A stretch of 64,000 nucleotides of DNA, taken from positions 33,849 to 97,848 of the IMG/VR virus record IMGVR_UViG_3300028048_003175; one strand, 5' to 3'. Below are positions 9,635 to 19,851 of the stretch, in pieces. The notes below the pieces were generated by a model that made no database searches, had not been told where the DNA came from, and worked only from the letters and a program-made list of their open reading frames with translations. How positions within the stretch are numbered: the stretch's first letter is position 1; the number at the start of each line of letters is the position of its first letter. Origin of the DNA: a virus (taxonomy: Duplodnaviria > Caudoviricetes). The translations under genes were made by a program, and so were the position numbers.

Positions 9635-12600
9635 ATGGCAGACGAGAGAGTAAAGATTATCGATATCCAGGTGAAGTATCAGCAAGCCGTTGATGCTCTC
9701 GCCAAGTTCCGTTCCTCATTGGCTGAGGCTAAGAAGTACCAGGCAGACTTGAAGAAAGAACTCAAGGATGGTACCATCACACAGGAGCAGTACGACCGTA
9801 GCATGGAGGCCAGCAACGTGTATATCCGCCAGCAGAGTGAGCAGATGCGCACGTTGGCTAAGCAGGTGAACAACCAGATAAAGGTCACCCAAGAGCAAGA
9901 GGGTAGCCTCAAGCAGCTACGTGCTGAGCTGTCTAACGCCACTGCCAAGTGGGATGCGATGAGCCGTGCCGAGCGTGAGTCAGCCAAAGGTAAGGACCTC
10001 AAAGACCACATCAACCAGATAACGACGGAGCTGAAAGCCGCAGAGGAAGAAACCCAGCGGTTCTACCGTAACGTCGGCAACTACAAGAGTGCCACTGAGG
10101 GTCTGGAGAATATTCGTGTTAAGCTGGTGGATTTAAGAAACCAGATAGTAGCAGCTTTTGGTGCTGCCCAGATGCTTGCCTTTGGAAAAGATGCGCTACA
10201 GGTGACGCGAGACTTCCAAGACGGTATGGCTCGTGTTAAGGCTGTCACCAATGCTACTGCAGAGGACATGCAGAAGATGACCGATGAGGCTCGAAAGATG
10301 GGACGTGAGACAATATTCCATGCAACAGACGCCGCCAACGCTATGGAGAACCTTGCACGAGGCGGCTTCGATGCTGATGAGTCAACGACGGCTTTGTCGA
10401 AGACGCTGCAGCTTGCACAGGCTAACACAATCGACCTGAAAGAAGCCAGCGACCTTATGATACGCACCATGCGTGGCTTTGAGCTTCCCATCACTGAGGA
10501 GGAAATGGAACATGCCAACGACGTGCTTTCCAAGACTGCCGCCAGTTCCACGACAAACATTTCAGAGCTGGGTGAAGCACTGAAAAATGCCGCGCCATTC
10601 GGACACTCTTTGAACCAGTCTATCGAGGAAGTAAATGCTGCCCTCGGTGTTCTCGCTGACGTGGGTATTCGTGGTGCCGATGCTGGTACTGCCCTTCGTA
10701 TGGTCATTCTCGGTCTTTCATCACCCACTGCCAAGCAGCAGAAAGTGTTCAAGGACTATGGTATAGAGATAAGCCAAGCGTCGCTTCAGTCAGAAGGTCT
10801 TACAAAGACGCTCCAACGACTCAAAGAGAGCGGCATCATGGAAGCCAGCAATTCTGCAGAGCTGTTAGGTGATGTCTTTGGTCGCCGTGCCACTCCACAA
10901 GTGATGGCACTTGTAGGTAATATCGGTCGCCTGCAAGAAAAACTGGAAACACTGCAAGATGCACAGGGTACTACTGAGCGAATGTTCAAGGACTCATATA
11001 GTAATGTGTCACAGGAAATCTTTGGTCTGTCATCAGCCTGGGAGTCTTTCAAAATATCCATTGGAGAAAGCAACAACCAAGCGTTAATAGAACCTATCAA
11101 GGCACTTCGTGAAGGCGTACATTGGTTGGAGGATCATTTGCCAGAGTTGGGACATTTCATCATTTCACTTATCGCATCCATTAGCTTCCTGAAGCTGGTG
11201 AGTGAAGCTAAGGCTGCGTTTACTACGATTCGCAATTCTGCCGTCTCAAATGCAGAGGAGGCTTCTAATACCGTTCGCACTCTGCAGAACCAGGAGGTGC
11301 AGCTTCGCAAGACCACAGCCATTCAAGAGCAGCAGATTATCAATGCATCTGGTAATGAGAGGATGATGCTCGAAGCTAAGATACTCGCTAACAAGAGAGA
11401 AATTGCCGAAACTGAAAAGGCTCTCGTCAAGGCTAAGACCAACGAGATAAAGATGTGGGAACAGGCTGCAGCTGTCAATTCCGGCAACTCCTGGAAGGCA
11501 GCTATGGCAGCAGCCACGATGGCAACACAGGCATTCTTTACAGCCGCCAAGACAGCCGCCAAGACCTTTATCCTTACCGCTTTGTTCCAGCTTGCCTTCG
11601 AGGCATTATATGGCCTGATAAACCTCATGAGCAGCGCTTCTGAGGGTGACGGTGCCTTTGCCAGACTGACAAGGTCCGTGACAGGATTCATCAAGCAGGG
11701 CCTCAACTGGCTTATTACCCAATTCAAGATAGTATCTAACTGGATCAAGGACTTCATCGAGAACAGCCGACTGATGCAGGTGGCTTTGGTAGGTATCAAG
11801 ACAAACCTTTCCGTTGTAGGTGCTGTTTTCAAGTCTGTCTGGGCAGTGCTCAAATTGGGGCTCAAGCAAATATGGGAGGCCTTCAAGCTCCTGGCAGGTA
11901 TCATCGGTGCCGTTGGAACTGCTCTTGAAGGACTTCTAACCTTCAACTGGACGCAGTTTAAGCGAGGACTGTCACAGGTGGCCAACTCCGTCACAGACTT
12001 CTTCAAGAACACGGTGAATAACGCCAAGGATATGGGAACAGAAATCGCAGACAATGTGGTTGACGCATATAATTCGACTGTAGATGCCTTTAAGAGTGCT
12101 GCCAACAGCAAGGCTTTTGGTGGTCCTGGTACGGACTCTAACAGCGGTGGTGGTAAAACAACTACTCCGAAAAAGAAGCCAACAAAGCCTGCACCCACGA
12201 ATCCAGAGCCAGTCGCAGACGATGATAGTGGAAATGGAGGAAGTGGAGGAAGTGGCGGAAGTTCCACCAAAGGTGACAAGGGAAGAGAAAATAGTATCAA
12301 GAAGCGGGCTGAACTGGAGCGAAAGGCCTTAGAGGAGGCAGAGCAGGCATTGCTCGACTTGATGAAAGACACCGCTTCCAAGAGACGTGCGCAACTGGAG
12401 AAGCGTTACAATGACGAGATACGCAAGTTAAAAGTCCGGCTCGAAACAGAGAAGAACCTCACAGAGACGGCTAAAGAAGCCATCCAAAAAACCATCCTTC
12501 TCAAGGAAAAGAAGCTGGCAGAGGAACTTGCTAAGCTCGATGATGAAGAGCTGAAGCGTGAAATCCAAGACCGCCAGAAGCTCATTGAGAGCCGACTGTC

Positions 12601-13810
12601 TGTTGCACGTAAGGGATCTGAGGAAGAGCTGAACCTCAAGCGTCGTCAGAACCAAGAGAAGGCAAACCTCGATGTTCTTGCCCTCAAGGAAGAGGAGGAG
12701 AATAGGATTGCCGATGCCGAAGAGAAGTTGCGTATCGCTGAGGAAACCTACGGTAAGGAGTCTGTAATGGCTCTTGCAGCGCAGGAGGACTTGACGAATA
12801 TCGAGGCAGAGTTTGAGGAACGTCGAAATAATATCCGCGAAGCTGCCCGTCAAAGAAATCTGGAGCTTGAGCAGCAATACCAGCAGCAACTCATCAGCTT
12901 GCGCCAGCAGGCTTTCCAGAACCAGATTACGGAGCTGCAGATACAGATGGAGGAACAGCACCTCTTGGAGCAGGAGGATGCAGAAATATACCTCAACCAG
13001 CAGGAAGGCTTCCAGATGCTTAACCTGCAGGTCGTAGAGCAAGGCGAGCTGGATATCCTGGAGATCAAACGGCAGGCTGCAGAGGAAAAATATAATGACC
13101 TTGTCGCTGCCGGACAGTTGGAAGGCGAGACCGTTGAGCAGTTCAATGCCCGTATTCTCGCTGCAGAGCAGAACATGGTCAATACCAAGGCAGCATTAAG
13201 ACAGGCGGAACTCAAGAACGAGAAAGCCTACCTTAACTCATCGAAGTCCATCACCAACAGCCTTATCTCCCTGACAGCAGCTATTGGTGAGAGCGACGAG
13301 GACTTCGCCAAGCTGAGCAAGATGCTGACCCTTGTGCAGATTACGATAGACACGGGTAAGGCCATTTCAGCAGGTGTGGCAAGTGCATCGTCATTACCTT
13401 ATCCTGCCAACCTTGCAGCCATCGCTTCCACCGTGGCTACCGTGCTTGCGAATATAGCGACTGCTGTCAGCACCGTCAATAGCGCGAAGTTCGCTGAAGG
13501 TGGTAAGGTGACTGGTCCTGGCACTGGCACCTCCGACAGTATTCCTGCCTACCTCTCCAATGGCGAATATGTGATGACCGCCAGAGCTACGAGAATGTTC
13601 GAGCCGCTGTTAGCCGCTATGAACGATGTCGGTGTAGGAGTCATCCCCATGCAGGCTACCAACTCCTACCGTGACTACAATATGCCGACGGAGGAACTGA
13701 CGGAGAGCTTTAGGGAAGCCGCCCGGGAGATCCGTCCTGTGGTGTCCGTAACTGACATCAATGAAGGACAGCAGCGAGTAGAAGTAATAGAAAGTCTTGA
13801 CACACTATAA
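9635..13810 (+). CDS. Tail tape measure protein (TP901-type core)
   Basis: 1391 aa, Ala-rich and helical; RFYRNVGNY, ETIFHATDAANAMENLARGG, GIRGADAGTALR; hydrophobic mid-section; C-terminal FAEGGKVTGPGTGTSDSIPAYLSNGEYV. Confidence 0.93.
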   Translation: MADERVKIIDIQVKYQQAVDALAKFRSSLAEAKKYQADLKKELKDGTITQEQYDRSMEASNVYIRQQSEQMRTLAKQVNNQIKVTQEQEGSLKQLRAELSNATAKWDAMSRAERESAKGKDLKDHINQITTELKAAEEETQRFYRNVGNYKSATEGLENIRVKLVDLRNQIVAAFGAAQMLAFGKDALQVTRDFQDGMARVKAVTNATAEDMQKMTDEARKMGRETIFHATDAANAMENLARGGFDADESTTALSKTLQLAQANTIDLKEASDLMIRTMRGFELPITEEEMEHANDVLSKTAASSTTNISELGEALKNAAPFGHSLNQSIEEVNAALGVLADVGIRGADAGTALRMVILGLSSPTAKQQKVFKDYGIEISQASLQSEGLTKTLQRLKESGIMEASNSAELLGDVFGRRATPQVMALVGNIGRLQEKLETLQDAQGTTERMFKDSYSNVSQEIFGLSSAWESFKISIGESNNQALIEPIKALREGVHWLEDHLPELGHFIISLIASISFLKLVSEAKAAFTTIRNSAVSNAEEASNTVRTLQNQEVQLRKTTAIQEQQIINASGNERMMLEAKILANKREIAETEKALVKAKTNEIKMWEQAAAVNSGNSWKAAMAAATMATQAFFTAAKTAAKTFILTALFQLAFEALYGLINLMSSASEGDGAFARLTRSVTGFIKQGLNWLITQFKIVSNWIKDFIENSRLMQVALVGIKTNLSVVGAVFKSVWAVLKLGLKQIWEAFKLLAGIIGAVGTALEGLLTFNWTQFKRGLSQVANSVTDFFKNTVNNAKDMGTEIADNVVDAYNSTVDAFKSAANSKAFGGPGTDSNSGGGKTTTPKKKPTKPAPTNPEPVADDDSGNGGSGGSGGSSTKGDKGRENSIKKRAELERKALEEAEQALLDLMKDTASKRRAQLEKRYNDEIRKLKVRLETEKNLTETAKEAIQKTILLKEKKLAEELAKLDDEELKREIQDRQKLIESRLSVARKGSEEELNLKRRQNQEKANLDVLALKEEEENRIADAEEKLRIAEETYGKESVMALAAQEDLTNIEAEFEERRNNIREAARQRNLELEQQYQQQLISLRQQAFQNQITELQIQMEEQHLLEQEDAEIYLNQQEGFQMLNLQVVEQGELDILEIKRQAAEEKYNDLVAAGQLEGETVEQFNARILAAEQNMVNTKAALRQAELKNEKAYLNSSKSITNSLISLTAAIGESDEDFAKLSKMLTLVQITIDTGKAISAGVASASSLPYPANLAAIASTVATVLANIATAVSTVNSAKFAEGGKVTGPGTGTSDSIPAYLSNGEYVMTARATRMFEPLLAAMNDVGVGVIPMQATNSYRDYNMPTEELTESFREAAREIRPVVSVTDINEGQQRVEVIESLDTL

Positions 13811-13825
13811 TCAAATGCAAATAAT

Positions 13826-14059
13826 ATGACACGATTCGAAATGCTAAAAATGAACAGGACGCTCATTGAGACAATGGTGGCGAACTCGGTAGATATCCGG
13901 GATATCGAATACCTCCAGCTCATTGAGGAATACGAGAGCCTGAAAGCGAAGAAGTTCAAGGTGAGCTATATCGTCAGCCTCCTTGGAGAGAAATACCAAA
14001 AGTCAGAACGGGCAATCTACAAGATTATCGATCGAATGGCGAAACAGGTAGTCCAGTAA
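13826..14059 (+). CDS. Small Mor-like HTH protein (possible late regulator)
   Basis: C-terminal LGEKYQKSERAIYKII resembles the Mor/C activator HTH. Confidence 0.55.
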   Translation: MTRFEMLKMNRTLIETMVANSVDIRDIEYLQLIEEYESLKAKKFKVSYIVSLLGEKYQKSERAIYKIIDRMAKQVVQ

Positions 14060-14060
14060 A

Positions 14061-14106
14061 AAAGAAGCGAGTGACCATCAGCAAACAGGTGGCCACTCGT
14101 TTCTTT
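14061..14106. terminator. Bidirectional intrinsic terminator
   Basis: AAAGAAGCGAGTGACCA...TGGCCACTCGTTTCTTT stem between convergent genes, A-run on the left and T-rich on the right. Confidence 0.7.
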
Positions 14107-14117
14107 ATGTGTCGATG

Positions 14118-14591
14118 CTATTCCGCATCCCTTCGCACAGGATTGGCGAACAATTCATCCAGCTCCTTTCTCTTGCTCTTGGTGAAGTCCGTTTCCTCAC
14201 ACTTTGATTCCACATACTCCATTCCCAGCATTTCGATATCGCCTGGTACCATGCCGTAGGCACGCATAAGCCTCTGGCCCTCTTCCGGAGTGAAGTCCTT
14301 TACCTTCTTCAGCCAGTCTTTGTGCGGACTCGCTTCAGAGAAACCATACTGTTTGAAAGTGTTGCTTTCTTTTATTACCATCAGCTCATCATACAGTGCC
14401 TTACAGCGCATAAGCAGCAGAGAATCACCTTGTACGTCAACCACTTCTTCCACTTGCTCCTGCACTTGCTGAGGCTCAGCGGAACTCTCTCTCATGTTGT
14501 CAAACAATACAGATAGCATACCGAAGAAAAACATCGATGCGAACCAGATGCCGGCAACCCAAAGGATAATCTTTTTCGTTTTCTTTGTCAT
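14118..14591 (-). CDS. Membrane-anchored protein on the opposite strand (moron-like)
   Basis: Basic N-terminus plus a hydrophobic helix (IILWVAGIWFASMFFFGMLSVLF); the only convincing minus-strand gene; has its own promoter and terminator. Confidence 0.75.
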   Translation of the reverse strand: MTKKTKKIILWVAGIWFASMFFFGMLSVLFDNMRESSAEPQQVQEQVEEVVDVQGDSLLLMRCKALYDELMVIKESNTFKQYGFSEASPHKDWLKKVKDFTPEEGQRLMRAYGMVPGDIEMLGMEYVESKCEETDFTKSKRKELDELFANPVRRDAE

Positions 14592-14616
14592 AATCGTATT
14601 AGTTGAAAATTTGCTG

Positions 14617-14624
14617 CAAAGGTA
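14617..14624 (-). promoter_or_regulatory. Bacteroidetes sigma-A -7 box for the minus-strand gene
   Basis: Reverse complement TACCTTTG matches TAnnTTTG, ~25 nt upstream of the ATG. Confidence 0.65.
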
Positions 14625-14747
14625 CGAAAAATAATCAATAAAGCCTCAACGACAGCGATAATTTCTTGTGTTTTACGGGAATAATGCCCCGTATTCCCTT
14701 TGATTGCTGAACTCATGCGTTCACTTGTTTAATCAAACAAAAAAATC

Positions 14748-14775
14748 TTTGCGCCTTGTTTGTTCAGTAATTTTG
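14748..14775 (+). promoter_or_regulatory. Putative promoter of the head operon
   Basis: TAATTTTG (-7 box) at 14768-14775 with TTTG at 14748-14751; spacing shorter than consensus. Confidence 0.5.
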
Positions 14776-14811
14776 CGGTGTAATCAAAAATAATCGCAAT
14801 CACAAACAAGA

Positions 14812-16125
14812 ATGGCAAAACTTTGTATTTATAACGAAATCGTTGATGAAGAGACCAAGGTGATGTACCAAGACTGGTGCGGCACTGACGGTGTCTGCTA
14901 CAAGGACATTCACAGCTTCCTCGAAGCAATGAAGGATGATGACGATGTCATCGATATCCGCCTGCATTGTCCGGGTGGTGACTGCATTGAGGGCTGGGCT
15001 ATCTATGATGCGCTCCGCAACTCGGGCAAGACAATCTCGGCAACCATCGAGGGAGAGTGTTCATCCATGGCCACCATCGTCTTGCTGGCAGCACCGAAGG
15101 AGCGTCGCTTCGGCTTCGCCAACTCACGGCTTTGCATCCACAATCCTGCCGTTGCGTGGCTTGACATCTGCACCATGGAGCGTCTGACCGCTGACGAGCT
15201 GGATAACCTGAAGGGCAAGCTGGACGTTCAGAAGCAGGCTCTCATCGAGGAACAGACAAAGATTCTGAACCTCTACGTTGAGCGCACGGGAGCAGATCGT
15301 GGCGACCTCCAGGCGCTGATGAACGAAGACAAGTATGTCGATATGGATAAGGCTATCGAGCTTGGCTTCATTTCCTCTACTGTTGCCCCCAACACGGCAT
15401 CTAAGAAAACCCATCATAAAACCTCAAGTAAAATGAAAGAAACAAAAGTGAAGGACAATGTCCTGAAGAAGCTGCTTGCATTGGCAGGCTTCGGAAAGAT
15501 TGAGGACGCCGAGGCGGCTATCCTCTGTCAGAAGATTACCGCAGCTGACGGTAGTGAGTTCACCGTGGAACGTGAGGATGGCGACCCACAGGTAGGCGAC
15601 AAGGCCTATCCTAACGGCACCTACACACTGGACGACGGTACAGTGATTGTTGTGACCGACGAGGTCATCGAGAGCATTACCCCTGCTGGTGGTGGCGAAG
15701 ATGACGACGACGAGGATCTCAAGGCCCTGCAGGAGCAGGTGAATACGCTGACCACACAGGTCGAGACGCTGACTTCTGAGAAGCAGGCTCTCGCCGACGA
15801 GAAGGCTACCTTGGAGAGTGAGAAGGCTACGCTGGAGCAGCAGGTCACCGACCTCACCAACGAGAAGACCACTCTGGAGGCTGAGAAGCAGACTCTCACC
15901 GAGGCTCAGAAGACCGAGGAAGAGACCGCAATCCTTGACATCGTGGCTAAGGCTGGTGGCAAGAATTGGCTGGAGAATGTATGCAAGATGCAGTCCACTT
16001 TCCATCCTGGCAACCGTTCCTTTGTCGAGAAGCAGGGTGGTGGTCACGAGGGAGAGACCAAGACCCAGAAGATGCTCCGTGAGCAGCGTGAGGCACAGGA
16101 GGCTAAACGTAAGGCTCGTAAGTAA
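14812..16125 (+). CDS. ClpP-family prohead protease fused to coiled-coil scaffold
   Basis: IRLHCPGGDCIEGWAIYDAL, CSSMAT (catalytic Ser), IHNP (His), AIELGFI; C-terminal heptads LxxEKxT. Confidence 0.88.
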   Translation: MAKLCIYNEIVDEETKVMYQDWCGTDGVCYKDIHSFLEAMKDDDDVIDIRLHCPGGDCIEGWAIYDALRNSGKTISATIEGECSSMATIVLLAAPKERRFGFANSRLCIHNPAVAWLDICTMERLTADELDNLKGKLDVQKQALIEEQTKILNLYVERTGADRGDLQALMNEDKYVDMDKAIELGFISSTVAPNTASKKTHHKTSSKMKETKVKDNVLKKLLALAGFGKIEDAEAAILCQKITAADGSEFTVEREDGDPQVGDKAYPNGTYTLDDGTVIVVTDEVIESITPAGGGEDDDDEDLKALQEQVNTLTTQVETLTSEKQALADEKATLESEKATLEQQVTDLTNEKTTLEAEKQTLTEAQKTEEETAILDIVAKAGGKNWLENVCKMQSTFHPGNRSFVEKQGGGHEGETKTQKMLREQREAQEAKRKARK

Positions 16126-16165
16126 CCATTAAAAGAATTAAGAATCATTTTAAACCAAGCACATT

Positions 16166-17251
16166 ATGATTGATTTTGAACAGTTTACAGTAGACAATGG
16201 TGCGATAAGAGACCTCAACGAGCTCTTGTTCACCTCCGTGTTCAACGACCCCGATCTGGAGCGCGTCATCACTCCGATGACCAATGTTGAGAACGGCAAG
16301 AAGCTGGGCTACGTTGACCGCATGGGCGACGTCGGTACTCCTGGCACTGGTTGTAACCCCACCTACACCGATGTGGAAATCACAGGCTTCGAGAAGACCT
16401 GGGACCTCGGTGACTGGGAGATTCCTAAGAGCATCTGCTATAAGGACCTGGAGGACACTCTGGCCCGCTATGGCATGAAGACTGGCACCGAGCGTGCTGA
16501 CCTGCAGGACACCCCGTACTGGGACAAGATCCTTATCCCTCTGCTCAAGAGCGCCATCAACGACATGTTCTGGCGTCTGGTATGGTTCGGCGACAAGAAC
16601 GCCCAGCATGCTGCTGACGGTGGTGTCATCACCGATGACGTCAACCTCAACCTCCTCAAGGTCTGCGACGGCCTGTGGAAGCGCCTGCAGGCAATCATCG
16701 CCCAGAACCCTGGTCAGCAGGTTACCATCGCTGCCAACAGCGAGGACACCTACGCTGGTCAGAAGACTGCCATCCGCACGTCGGGTGTTGCCACTGGCAT
16801 CGTCGACGAGCTGCTCACCGAGGCAGACGGTCGTATCTTCGACAAGCCTGACCACGCCATCTTCATGACGAACTCTCTCTTCAAGGCCCTGCGCACTGAC
16901 GTGAAGAACCTTCACAACATTCAGATGCCAGTCGAGACCATCATGTCCGGCATCCAGCTCTCTGAGTACGACGGCCACAAGGTTATCGTTCTCGACATCT
17001 GGGACCGCATGATCAAGAAGTACGAGACCATCGTCACGGGTACTGGCAACGCTGCCAAGACAACCCTGAACTGCCCTCACCGTGCCATCCTGGCTTCTCC
17101 TCAGAACCTGTTCTGTGGTACATCGGACAAGGACCGCATGGCTTCTCTCACCGTGAAGTTCGACGACCGCAAGCGCGACAACTTCATCTATGCAGCTTCC
17201 AACATCGGTACTCTCGTAGGAGAGGACGAGTTGGTACAGGTAGCACTCTAA
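16166..17251 (+). CDS. Major capsid protein
   Basis: 361 aa directly after the protease/scaffold; strongly biased codons; LVWFGD...DGLWKRL pattern of HK97-fold capsids. Confidence 0.8.
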   Translation: MIDFEQFTVDNGAIRDLNELLFTSVFNDPDLERVITPMTNVENGKKLGYVDRMGDVGTPGTGCNPTYTDVEITGFEKTWDLGDWEIPKSICYKDLEDTLARYGMKTGTERADLQDTPYWDKILIPLLKSAINDMFWRLVWFGDKNAQHAADGGVITDDVNLNLLKVCDGLWKRLQAIIAQNPGQQVTIAANSEDTYAGQKTAIRTSGVATGIVDELLTEADGRIFDKPDHAIFMTNSLFKALRTDVKNLHNIQMPVETIMSGIQLSEYDGHKVIVLDIWDRMIKKYETIVTGTGNAAKTTLNCPHRAILASPQNLFCGTSDKDRMASLTVKFDDRKRDNFIYAASNIGTLVGEDELVQVAL

Positions 17252-17270
17252 CCCTAAAAAGTAAGATACT

Positions 17271-17870
17271 ATGCCTGCAGAAATATGTGATTTTAAACTG
17301 GCGAAGGACATTGCGGGCTCTTGCGAGAGCCCACAAGTCGCCGGTCTCAAGAATACCGGTTATCTCATCAACTTTGATGATATCGACTGGGATGCCCTTA
17401 CAAAGGACCAGACTAATGCCAAGATTGTGGCTTCCCTTAACTTGCTGAGCGGCAAGCGTGCCTATAAGGTCATCGTGCCTGGCAACACTCCGTTCACTGG
17501 TACCAACGCCGCCCTTGCTGCCGGAACCTATCGCAACAAGTTTACGAAGACCGCCAACATCGTGGTTCTTGACAGTGGTCCTGATGTGTCTAAGAACGTT
17601 ATCGACCAGCTTGCCAACGGCCGTTTCGTGTTCATCTTCGAGAATAAGTACGCTGGTGCTGACAAGAAGAACACCTTCGAGATTTACGGTCTGGAAACAG
17701 GTCTCGTCGCTACCGAAATGACCAATGAGAAGTACTCTGAGGAAACTGACGGTGGCTGGGCTGTCACTCTGGTCGAGACAGGCGCACCTTCCAGCGGACT
17801 GTTCTTCTTCAACGAGAGCATCACCGCGACACGTGCCGCCCTTACCTCCCTCTCAACTGGCAACAGCTAA
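17271..17870 (+). CDS. Probable major tail (tube) protein
   Basis: 199-aa beta-rich structural-type protein after the MCP; FEIYGLETGL motif. Confidence 0.6.
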   Translation: MPAEICDFKLAKDIAGSCESPQVAGLKNTGYLINFDDIDWDALTKDQTNAKIVASLNLLSGKRAYKVIVPGNTPFTGTNAALAAGTYRNKFTKTANIVVLDSGPDVSKNVIDQLANGRFVFIFENKYAGADKKNTFEIYGLETGLVATEMTNEKYSEETDGGWAVTLVETGAPSSGLFFFNESITATRAALTSLSTGNS

Positions 17871-17880
17871 TTAGTTAGTC

Positions 17881-18663
17881 ATGGCAAGTTACGAGGAAAC
17901 TCTGGAGAAACTTGAGGAAATGAGAAGTCGGTTTGACACTGGCTTCTCATCTTCCGACAAGGAGATTATAGAATACCTGTATCTCCGCATTTGCGGAAAG
18001 AGGGTTCGTAACACAGGTTGTAAGGATTGCTGGCGCGATGCTTACATCGAGACAAGAACGAAATTAAAAACCAAAAAAGTTATGAAAAGTACAAATTACA
18101 CTTTGAAGGCTGGTGCTATTATCCACCCTCAAGGAACGAGCAAGTTCTATTCGCTCAACAACATTCCTGATGACGTTGCCGAGAATTGGCTGGGTCAGTT
18201 CCCCAAGGACATCATCAAGTTCGAGACATTCCCCACAGACTGGGAGTCACGCGTTGCCGCCCGTAAGGAAGGTCGTGTTGCCGAGCCCACAGTCGAGGAG
18301 CTGAAGGCTGAGGTGGAGCGCCTCACCGAGGTCGTAGAGCAGAAGGAGGTCGAGATCGAGACCCTGAAGACCGAGGCAGGTGACAAGTCTGCTGAGGAAG
18401 TGGAAGCCTTGAAGGCTGAGGTTGCCGCCAAGGAGGCTGAGCTGGCTGCTGCCAAGGAAGCTTCGGAGAAGGCTGCTGCAGAGCTGCAGATTGCCAAGGA
18501 GGCTACCGAGAAAGCTAAGGCAGAAGCTGAGACAGAGGTTGCAGACCTCAACAAGACCAACGAGGAGCTGAAGGCTGAGGTGGAGAAGCTAAAGGCTGAG
18601 AACGAAGCCCTTCAGAAGAAGGTCGCTACTAAGCCTGCCCCCGCCGCCAAGACCGATAAGTAA
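17881..18663 (+). CDS. Phage protein with CxxC and a long Ala/Glu/Lys coiled coil
   Basis: GCKDC near the N-terminus; exact 25-nt repeat at 18294-18318 and 18561-18585 (EELKAEVE). Confidence 0.7.
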   Translation: MASYEETLEKLEEMRSRFDTGFSSSDKEIIEYLYLRICGKRVRNTGCKDCWRDAYIETRTKLKTKKVMKSTNYTLKAGAIIHPQGTSKFYSLNNIPDDVAENWLGQFPKDIIKFETFPTDWESRVAARKEGRVAEPTVEELKAEVERLTEVVEQKEVEIETLKTEAGDKSAEEVEALKAEVAAKEAELAAAKEASEKAAAELQIAKEATEKAKAEAETEVADLNKTNEELKAEVEKLKAENEALQKKVATKPAPAAKTDK

Positions 18664-18684
18664 ATAATTTAGCCCATTGCCATC

Positions 18685-19851
18685 ATGAACATCAACAACA
18701 TCAAGCGCTCAAAGAAACGTATTGAGACTGCGTATCTGAGTAACCTCGGAATACAGACATTCGGTAGGGACAACCTCTATCCGCAGCGAATGTATGACCT
18801 TATCAGAAGCAGCTCAAATGGCGGAACATGCTGTGAGCGCTATCAGACGTTCATTGAAGGCAATGGGCTGAATAATACTGATTTTGCCGAATACGAGTGC
18901 AACAGGTCGGGGCAGACTGTCGATGATATCTACCGCCTATTGGCACAGGATATGGCACTGCATCATGGCTTTGCGCTGCACGTGAACTATAATATGATGT
19001 GTGAGATAGTTGAGCTTAACCATATTCCGTTCATGCAGTGTCGCCTCGAAGAAGAGACTCCAGACGGCAAGGTCGTACATATTAAGATTCATCCAGATTG
19101 GACGGGTCACAAGACACGTAAAGGAAAGACTATCAGAGTCAATAACGAGAATATCAAGAGCATCTACACCTTCAACCCACGCAAGGAGGTTGTGATGTCG
19201 CAGATTATCGCATCTGGTGGCATTGAAAGTTATCGCGGACAGATACTATGGTTCTCCATGGACGGAAAGTGGGATTACCCTGTATCTGTCTACGATAAGG
19301 TGCTGACGAGTCTTTCCACTGATGAAGGACTTGCCAATGTGATGTATCGCAACGTCCGCAACAATTTCCTTGTAGCCGGTATGCTCATCCACAAGAAAGG
19401 TGCTGCCCTCGGTATTGACGAGAACGGCAATCCTATCAAGGGTGACAGCAAGGACATGGATATTACGGAAAGCCTCAACATCTTCCAAGGTGATGAGAAT
19501 GCTTGTGCTATCATGGACGTTACGCTGGAGCAGGATGATGACAAGCCGGAGTTCGTGAAGTTCGAAGCACAGAACTTTGACAAGAAATATGAGATTACAG
19601 AGGATAGTGTGACGAGCCGTATTTATTCTGCCTTCGGACAAGAGCCGTGGTTCCGCATCCGCAATGGTTCACTGGGTTTCAGCAGCGAGGTCCTATCAGA
19701 AGCCTACGAATACTACAACTCATATGTCAGCAAGGAGCGCCGCGCCATTAGCCGTGCCCTAAAGCGCATCTTTGATAACTGGTATGAGGACGCCAATCCT
19801 TCTGGCGACTACGAAGTTCAGCCACTTGTATATGTCAAAAACAAAGAGTAA
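18685..19851 (+). CDS. Portal protein
   Basis: FGRDNLYPQ start, QDMALHHGFALHVNYN, YPVSVY and RNNFLVAGML patterns of Bacteroidetes phage portals; 388 aa. Confidence 0.78.
   Translation: MNINNIKRSKKRIETAYLSNLGIQTFGRDNLYPQRMYDLIRSSSNGGTCCERYQTFIEGNGLNNTDFAEYECNRSGQTVDDIYRLLAQDMALHHGFALHVNYNMMCEIVELNHIPFMQCRLEEETPDGKVVHIKIHPDWTGHKTRKGKTIRVNNENIKSIYTFNPRKEVVMSQIIASGGIESYRGQILWFSMDGKWDYPVSVYDKVLTSLSTDEGLANVMYRNVRNNFLVAGMLIHKKGAALGIDENGNPIKGDSKDMDITESLNIFQGDENACAIMDVTLEQDDDKPEFVKFEAQNFDKKYEITEDSVTSRIYSAFGQEPWFRIRNGSLGFSSEVLSEAYEYYNSYVSKERRAISRALKRIFDNWYEDANPSGDYEVQPLVYVKNKE

Noticed and set aside
15770-15910. 21-bp-period repeats (GAGAAGGCTAC etc.) as a DNA repeat element
   Set aside because: Explained by coiled-coil heptads in the scaffold protein.
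16145-17350. Long minus-strand ORFs (e.g. 401 aa opposite the capsid, 352 aa opposite the TMP, 314 aa opposite DUF1848)
   Set aside because: Shadow ORFs caused by codon bias of the real + strand genes; they have no motifs or start context.
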